From: the human T2T-CHM13v2.0 reference genome, Homo sapiens
Direction: 5' to 3' (one strand)
Length of the DNA stretch: 64,000 nt
Assembly: GCF_009914755.1 (NCBI RefSeq)
Contig: NC_060928.1
In this document: positions 56,417 to 64,000 of the stretch, one piece after another
Layout: each line of letters begins with the position of its first letter
Position numbering within the stretch: position 1 is the stretch's first letter
Notes under the pieces: generated by a model
Databases searched by the model: none
Seen by the model: the letters and a program-made list of their open reading frames with translations, nothing else
Told to the model about the DNA's origin: nothing
Position numbers and translations under genes: made by a program

Positions 56417-59400
56417 GTAAGAAAATATATGAAAACTTCCCGTTGTTCGGTTTCCACTCCAACTTGTTTTCCCAATGCAGAGGCCTGCCTGGTTAGTATA
56501 GAAACTGATGAAAAAAGGCAGCAATGATGGCTATTTTTGCCTGAAACACTGATTCCACTAAAACCAACACCTGGCTTTATACTGTTGTGCTATTCCACAT
56601 AAGGTAAAATCCCACTCAATCTTTTTGCTTGTTTGTATATAAAAAGAAATTCTGAATTGAGCAGGCGTCTATATAGAAAAATGGAATCCATAGTTTTAAT
56701 TATTAAATATAGCCAAATATTTACACATCATTAAACACAAAATATATGAGCTGTTAGGTGGGTTCTTCCCCCTAACCCCCATGCCTTACTATGAAGGAAA
56801 ATGTTACAATGCATAGACCACATTGCATTCTCTCACGTCTACTTTACTTTCTGTTTGAATATCTGTGGTTATAGCAACATCACTTTTTATCTGCTAAAAA
56901 TATTTTAGGCTTCCTCTGCCTAGATTTTTCCCTCTGGAATTCTGTTTATAAGAGGTATGGGTATAAAAAAGAAAATAACATGTCTTTGTCAGGAGATTAA
57001 ACACATTAAAAAAAAAACAAATATACATACACATTTGTACATGAACACAAAATGTAAACACACATCTACAACCTACACCCGAAGTTCCACAAGCAAAATC
57101 CTCATTAACTCACTGTCTTATCACTGAGAAGAAAAATAGTATATCCAAGGACCATAAGACAACACTCTCCTTATTTACCAATATCGTGCTTACTGAAATA
57201 AAGCTTTTTAGGTACTTCCTTGGTTATATTAAGCAAGTTGCTTTCAAGTTCAATAACATAAATGCAAAATTCACTAAATATGCAGGCATTGGTTGGCTGA
57301 AGAAGAGAGAGCACTGGGATTGGCTGAGCTAAGGGAGAAATAGATGAGGGAGGAATAAGTCAACAGTGCCCCAATTTGAGAAATTCTGTGAGTAAACATT
57401 GAAGTCTCATTGGCATGATTTTATCTAATGGCTTTAATATGTAGCCGCTGCTACAAATGCTGGGGTCATCTAATGGGGAGGGTAGGAAACAGACCTCACA
57501 CTGCACAACACCAGAGGATGTGAACCGTCTAGGCTGCCCGTAGATCTCCATAAACAAGGCCTCTTCCCATCAAAGGCCACTGTGGAATGTAGCTGGAGTT
57601 GTTTATGCTTCTTTCTTTTTCTATTAGGTTTATTTTCCTGATGTTAAACCCTGTCAACTTTACTGCCCAGAAACCTATCTTCAGAATAGGACCTTCTGCT
57701 TTGAAGACTCCTTTTAAGAAATGTCAAGGGGCAGTAAACATAAAATAGGATCCATAGCACCACCAATGACACAAAAACAGGGCCAAAGCTAATCAGTCTC
57801 CTCCATAAAACACACACTCAGTCTTTTCTCCCTCTCACACACAGTAGCAGACCAATAAGATCTGCGGAGTGAATGTAAGCAACAGAGTAGGAAGCAGCTG
57901 AAAAGAAAGAATTCCTGCTGCGTTCTCCCCTTGTGCCTCTTTCACAGTCAAAGGGTTCAAGGGAAGAATGTTTTATTGCACACTGCTGTTCACCACTAGC
58001 AGTGCAAGTTTATTCTGCCCAGGGGCTCAAGTGGGACGAATCTGGTCATCTCCATATGTTCTCATAGTGAAATTCTTCTCGTTTTCCTTTCATTTTTCAG
58101 GCCTCGTCTAATTTAAAACAAACCACACAGACACACTGGCCAAAGCAGCGACTGCCTCTGAGAGGAAGGTGGGCCTGCAGTACTGGCTGGGACCACCTCC
58201 ACATCTGAAGATGCTGTTTGCCTGTATTTGCTTCCCAGCGTCCTTCCTCCCTGCCTGGTTGCCTGTTGGGCCTAACATGGAGCTCTGCCCACAGTAGTGT
58301 CGTTACTATGGCCACTAGCCCATACCAAGGCATGGCCTTTGCAGTCCCCAGCATACAGCTCCCGACCTCACAGGCAAGTCCATCTCTATTGCTGTCAGGA
58401 AGTAAAAGTTCACACGGGGCGGGCACAAAGTCCTGCTCATCCCAAGGCACCAACGCACCCCCACCAGGCTTTCCCCAGAAGGCAACTCAACCACTCTAGG
58501 ATTTTTTTTTTTTTTAAATAAACTGTATTAGGAGCTTGTCAGAAATCCCGAAGTTGGAGACCACTGTGAAACTCCTGGGTCCCACCGGGGCTGAGCTCGT
58601 ACCAGTAGCCCTAAATTCAAAAAGAACCAGGGAAGGTTCTATTTACAAGTGAACTGGACTCATGATGCTCCACCAAGGAGGCAATCCCTGAAAACAGGCA
58701 AGGTTCATCAGCAACTCTAACCGCTCAGGGTGTGCTATTACTACTTTTTGAAAACAATCGTCTGATTATACAAACATGTATATAGTGCTTAACAGTTTAC
58801 TCTGTATTCTTTCTATGAATAGTTTCATGTTTACAACAAATCTAGGAGGGAAAAGGATAGAAATTATTATCTCCATTTTATGGAAAAGAATCGAAGGCTC
58901 AGAACCTAGCTAGTAAGTAAAGAACCGCAAATAAAGCTCAGGTCTTGTCTGTCTCTTTCCACTACATTACAGCTCACCTTCTGAAAGAAGCTTCATCTTT
59001 GTGGCATCTGTAAAACATTTCCCCTATCTTTCCCCACATTGCCCACTCCTCTTAGGTGCTGGAAGAAAATGCCCACTACTTTTACACATATAACTAATAC
59101 ATGGTTGCTGCTCTGCAAATGATTTCTGAATAAATGAGCACTCCCATGCATGCCATTCCAATGCACAGTCACCCTTCTTGCCCTGGGCCAGATTTAGGGA
59201 GGTCAGGAGCATCTAATATGGAATCTTAAGTAGTCAGAAAAACAGGAAGGAATACAGATGGATATGTTCCTTGTTTGCACATAAATGCTATTTGGGCTTC
59301 TCAGACCTGACACTTGAGCCTTTCCTGAACCGTGTGCTTTTCCTAACATGCAGGTCTGCCTGTCAAATTTATGACATCATGCTACCATCCACTTTTCTGG

Positions 59401-59676
59401 CAACTCCAGTTATTCTTTAGTTTTACCTCTCAGTCTAACCAGAAGGTTCCCCTAAGTTTCCCCTGTATTAACTAGGCCAATTGATGTTTTGCCAACAGCA
59501 GGGTCTGGGTATTTTATTTTGTTTTAGATCCACTTGCCATTCTCTACCTCTCTCCCAGGCAGTTTACAAGCATTTGGCCCACTCCACTCCTCCTCCAGGC
59601 CTTAAGTTCGCCCCAACACACTGACTCCTGTAGGCTACAGAAAAGCCCAACGGCAAAAGAAACACCCTAGATTGAA

Positions 59677-59751
<75 letters not shown>
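59677..59751. repeat. Compound (CA)n-(CG)n-(CA)n-(GA)n microsatellite
   Basis: Alternating purine-pyrimidine at 59677-59723, followed directly by about 14 GA units. Confidence 0.96.
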
Positions 59752-59754
<3 letters not shown>

Positions 59755-62600
59755 ATGGAACTCACCCTCCTGCCAGCAGAGAATGGCCAACCCCATCTCC
59801 CCAGTTCTGGTTATTTCTAGAAATCTGAAATCTATAATATGTCACCATCACTTAGCACTCAGTAAGTATTTATTGGATGAATGCATGAATGAATGATTAC
59901 TATTATCTGATAATATGCACGTGAGAGAAACTTTATCAAACGCTTTCTGAAAATCTAAATTACTAGACAAGCAAAGGGCCGATGACTACTCAGGGATTTA
60001 CCCTTTAGTGGCAGACACAACTTTACAGCCAGGCCTACTTGTCTTGTTACAATCACTTAAATATTTTATTTGTTTACAAAACTCTTCTCAACTATTTTTG
60101 ATGGTTTGTTGCCACGTGCACAATCTAATGTGCACGTATACACAGGGAATGAAGGTATGAAACCTGGCACACTGCCACCCTAAATATCAGGCAGGCTCCT
60201 CAAAGACAACAGTAATGCTGTGTATTTCTTTATACATTTTCACTACTAGATCAGCCATTTGAAGGTTTATTTATTCCTAAATTCTTCAACTTCCTGTATC
60301 TGAGTATTTATGTCTCAGATTTCCCCATTACCTCCTTTCCCACCACTTTATTCCTAATATTCCACTTTTCACCTCGTTACTATGAAGCACGACCTAACGC
60401 CAGCATTTATTTCCTGACCTCCAAAATGAAACGACTCATAAACAAAACAAACAAAATGGAAAAAATTTTAGCAACTATTTTTGGGCCCCAGAAACAAAAC
60501 TTACTTTTCCAAAGAAAGAGAATCCTTTAACCTACTTTGAGGACTAACAAATGACTTGAACACATTGTGTTCAAGGTTTTGTCAAACGATGGGAAAAATA
60601 CAAAGGTCTAGTATTTAAAATACTACCTTTTTTTCCCCTACAATGCATCACCCTAGTCCAATGTAACCTTAAAAACATCGGGGGGCGGCAGGGGAGGATA
60701 GCTATAACGGTTTACATTGGGTTATAGTCCTTGTTGTGGCTGCTGTTGCTATCATTTGGTGATAATTTGGAAATGCTCCCCTGAATATCCCCTCTGATGC
60801 TTCTGGCATCCCAGTATCTGCCCCCAGACCACAGTGAAGCTGTTAGCAGGATGTGAACAGAGTTCACAAAATCAAGGGTTTGTTTACATACCAGCCACAG
60901 CACGAAGAAACAAATAAGGTCTAAATGCCTGTTGTCTCATCTGTTTTTGTGTTTTCCTTGCGTATTTCTTCCCAAGCTCTTAACAAACGGGTAATGGGTA
61001 GTTAAACATTTGCGACCAGTTACTCATCTTGCTTTGCAGTCATAGAGCTGGTCTAAGTGGAGCAGCCAGTAACTTCAAAGGACACCCTAGTTTGGATCTG
61101 TTTCCCAGGGGACAGAGCGCAGGCCCCAGGGCACCCTCATAAAACCCGAGGAGGGAATTACTCCATTCCCCACCCCTGGTTACCTGAATCACACTGTGCA
61201 CATGTACAGAAGCTAAAAGGTTCTCTACTTTGCCCCCATTTGACTCAGGAAAAGGAAAACAAATGATAGATACCTGCACTGGTTCCTCCCACTCGCTACG
61301 AACTCCATTCTCTGCGCCCTTATGCAAACCTCTTAGAAGGGTCAGGGCAGCTGTTTCCAGAGCTGCTTGGCCAAAACGGGCAAACACATGGGCATGAAAA
61401 GAATTCTGAAAATACTTCCGATTGCTTTTCTTGTCTCTCACACAAGAGCATGCTTAACCCACGGGTACCTTTCAATGTTCATGTATAATAAATACAGTTT
61501 CAAAATAAAGAATAAGACACCCAAAATCCTACCTATTGGGTGTAGCTGCTGCCTTCATTAGTCAAATTTTCTCAGAGACCGTAGCTCCAGTTGCACTGAA
61601 AACCGTCGTTTTTTAATTATTTTATATCTGTGGCCATTTGTCCTACAGATTTCTTCTTGGCCTCTATCATTTTTGCCAGTGGAAAATTTATGCTTTCCCC
61701 TTTAACTACTACTGGTCTAAATTTACTTTAGTGAAGAAAATTTTGGCTCTAACTAAAACTCATGTAAACTTTCCATTTCACCGTGATGTTTTCTTTTCTT
61801 GGATTCAGCACAAGTCTTTTCTAATCTAAGAAATGGCTCTTACAGGCCCTCCTCAAATGTTTGTTTTCCAATTTAAGAGGATCTCTCTGTACATATACAT
61901 AAAACATTAAAAGCTTCAGTGATGTGTCCAAAGTTGCTCTAAGGCGGGAATAGCTGATCTGACCCTCCACCATCCGCACATAGGCGCTACCTCACAAATG
62001 TGTCTGGGTAAGACCCTGCCCCATCAGCGTCCCCTGAAACTTCTCTTCCTTGAATCTCACTTTGATAAGCACACATGCTTGGACTCAAACAGGTCATCTC
62101 CAGTATCCATTTCTTTCATTTTCTTTTGTCCCACAATAGAGTTAAACAATACACTGTCTCGTCGTCCAAATGCTTCAAGTGGTTTTACATGCTTTATTCC
62201 AACGATCTTCTCAGTATCAATGTGAGAACAGAGAGGATGAAGAAATTTCAATCATTCTTTAAGGGAAAAAAAAAGGCATTTAAAATATCAATTATTTTGC
62301 GATCAGCTCAAGATCTTACAGGTATGGCAGAATCAGAACTAAAGTACCAGTGTTCAGACCCTCACGAATATGGTGAATTCATCCTCCTACTCTCTCTCAT
62401 AATATAGAGTAAACCTAAATGTAAACTGAACCACTTAAAGGTGGGGTGGGGTGAACGAGAGAAGAGGGGAAGGGGACCATGAACATTAAACCATTTCACT
62501 AGAAATTTTCTTTGTTTCTAACCTGTCGTAGGAGTAGAGAAAAAAAAGAGAGATTTTAAAAAGAAATTTTCTTTCTTTTAAGCTATGTCCCTATTGCTCA

Positions 62601-62909
<309 letters not shown>

Positions 62910-63179
62910 AAAATACAAAACATTCTCCTACCAATCCTTACTCAGAATTGAAATTTTCTATTTTTTGTGTGACTCTTTTACTAGTGATGTTCTCTTTTAC
63001 TAGTAATCAGAGGGTCCATGCTATCTTATATATCCTCTCAATGAATATGACTTCATATACTCATCCCTGCCATAGCATCCCATTCTAAAGACATTTTTGT
63101 CTTACGAAGCAATATTTGCCTTGACATTCTGTTATTTGGGAATTTGCACTGTTTCAGTTTCACTGGAAATAATGCTACC

Positions 63180-63500
63180 ATGAGAAACTTTATTCTTCAC
63201 AATGATTTGGAATTTCCTGTGGTTTCTACGCTACGAACAATAAAGTTTTACCTCTTTTTAATTATTGTGAAATTCTTTCCTGGATATATTGTACCCATTT
63301 ACAGAAACATCACCAAAGTGTAAGTGAAGATGTTTTTCCACATTTTAATCAACGCTGGGTTTAAAACTCACATTTATTTTTTTAAAGTGTCTTAGGCATA
63401 TAACTTCACTTTAAAGTTGTCTTAATATATGTTCTTTCAGCTCCTAATGAGGGTGTGTACTTTTCAGGGTGATAATTTATCATCTATATTTCATCCTGGG
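63180..63500 (-). mobile_element. Highly diverged L1M fragment
   Basis: TTTCCACATTTTAATCAAC...CTAATGAGGGTGTGTACTTTTC...ATCATCTATATTTCATCCTG resembles antisense L1 ORF2. Confidence 0.45.
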
Positions 63501-63731
63501 TCTCCTTCACTACTCACACTGCCTCTTTTTAAGCACTGAATCATGTCATAGGTGGAGGAAGGGGCCAAAAATAATTGTTTAATCATAACTATACAACCAA
63601 CTCTTTACGATGAAAAACAGAATTCTCTACTTCAGGAAAATGAGATTATATTTAGCCTTCTGAAAATGAGTAACAATCAAGCATAAATACTTGTTAACAG
63701 GTTCACACATAAGCACATGAAAACAAAATTG

Positions 63732-63947
63732 GCCAAGCTGAGGCAGGAGGATTGTTTGAGACCAGGAGCTCGAGATCAGCTTGGGCGACATCGCAAGACC
63801 TCAACTCCAAAAAAAATTTAAAAAATTAGCCGGGCATAGCGGTGCACACCTGTAGTCCCAGCTACACAGGGAGGATCATTTGAGCCCAGGAGTTCGAGGT
63901 TATGGTGAGCTACGATCTCACCACTGCACTCCAGCCTGGGCAAAAAA
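63732..63947 (+). mobile_element. AluJ, 5' truncated, followed by a GGGA/GAAA purine tract
   Basis: GGAGGATCATTTGAGCCCAGGAGTTCGAGGTTATGGTGAGCTACGAT (J-type). Confidence 0.9.
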
Positions 63948-64000
63948 GTGTGATGGGAGGGAGGAAGGGAGGGAGGACGGGAGGGAGGGAAAGAAAGAAA

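Noticed and set aside
58218-58499. Ser/Pro-rich 93-aa ORF resembling a disordered protein segment
   Set aside because: Non-ATG start, no recognised homology and no acceptor at its start; GC-richer composition explains it.

Overview
Primate (human-like) genomic DNA of roughly 40% GC. It reads as a large intron or intergenic interval. I found no credible protein-coding exon, structural RNA gene, CRISPR array or prokaryotic system, and I cannot name the host gene from the sequence. The window holds about 29 Alu/FLAM copies, many with clear target-site duplications (TSDs), plus MIR, L2, L1M, CR1/L3, MLT1 LTRs and DNA-transposon fossils (MER58B, MER5A, Tigger3a, Tigger4). None of the supplied ORFs looks like a real gene: many are Alu- or simple-repeat-derived and the rest appear random. 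The most notable items are: (1) an ungapped 280-bp non-tandem local duplication; (2) a 36-bp exact direct repeat 684 bp apart; (3) a 393-nt pure-purine tract grown from an Alu tail; (4) an Alu nested in an Alu with a 24-bp TSD and a G/C-converted tail; (5) a CR1/L3 reverse-transcriptase fossil still readable as protein; (6) closely spaced inverted Alus; (7) several candidate plus-strand non-coding exons and enhancer-like motif clusters. Repeat subfamily names come from recognition by eye and need RepeatMasker/Dfam confirmation. No new biological system is established here.
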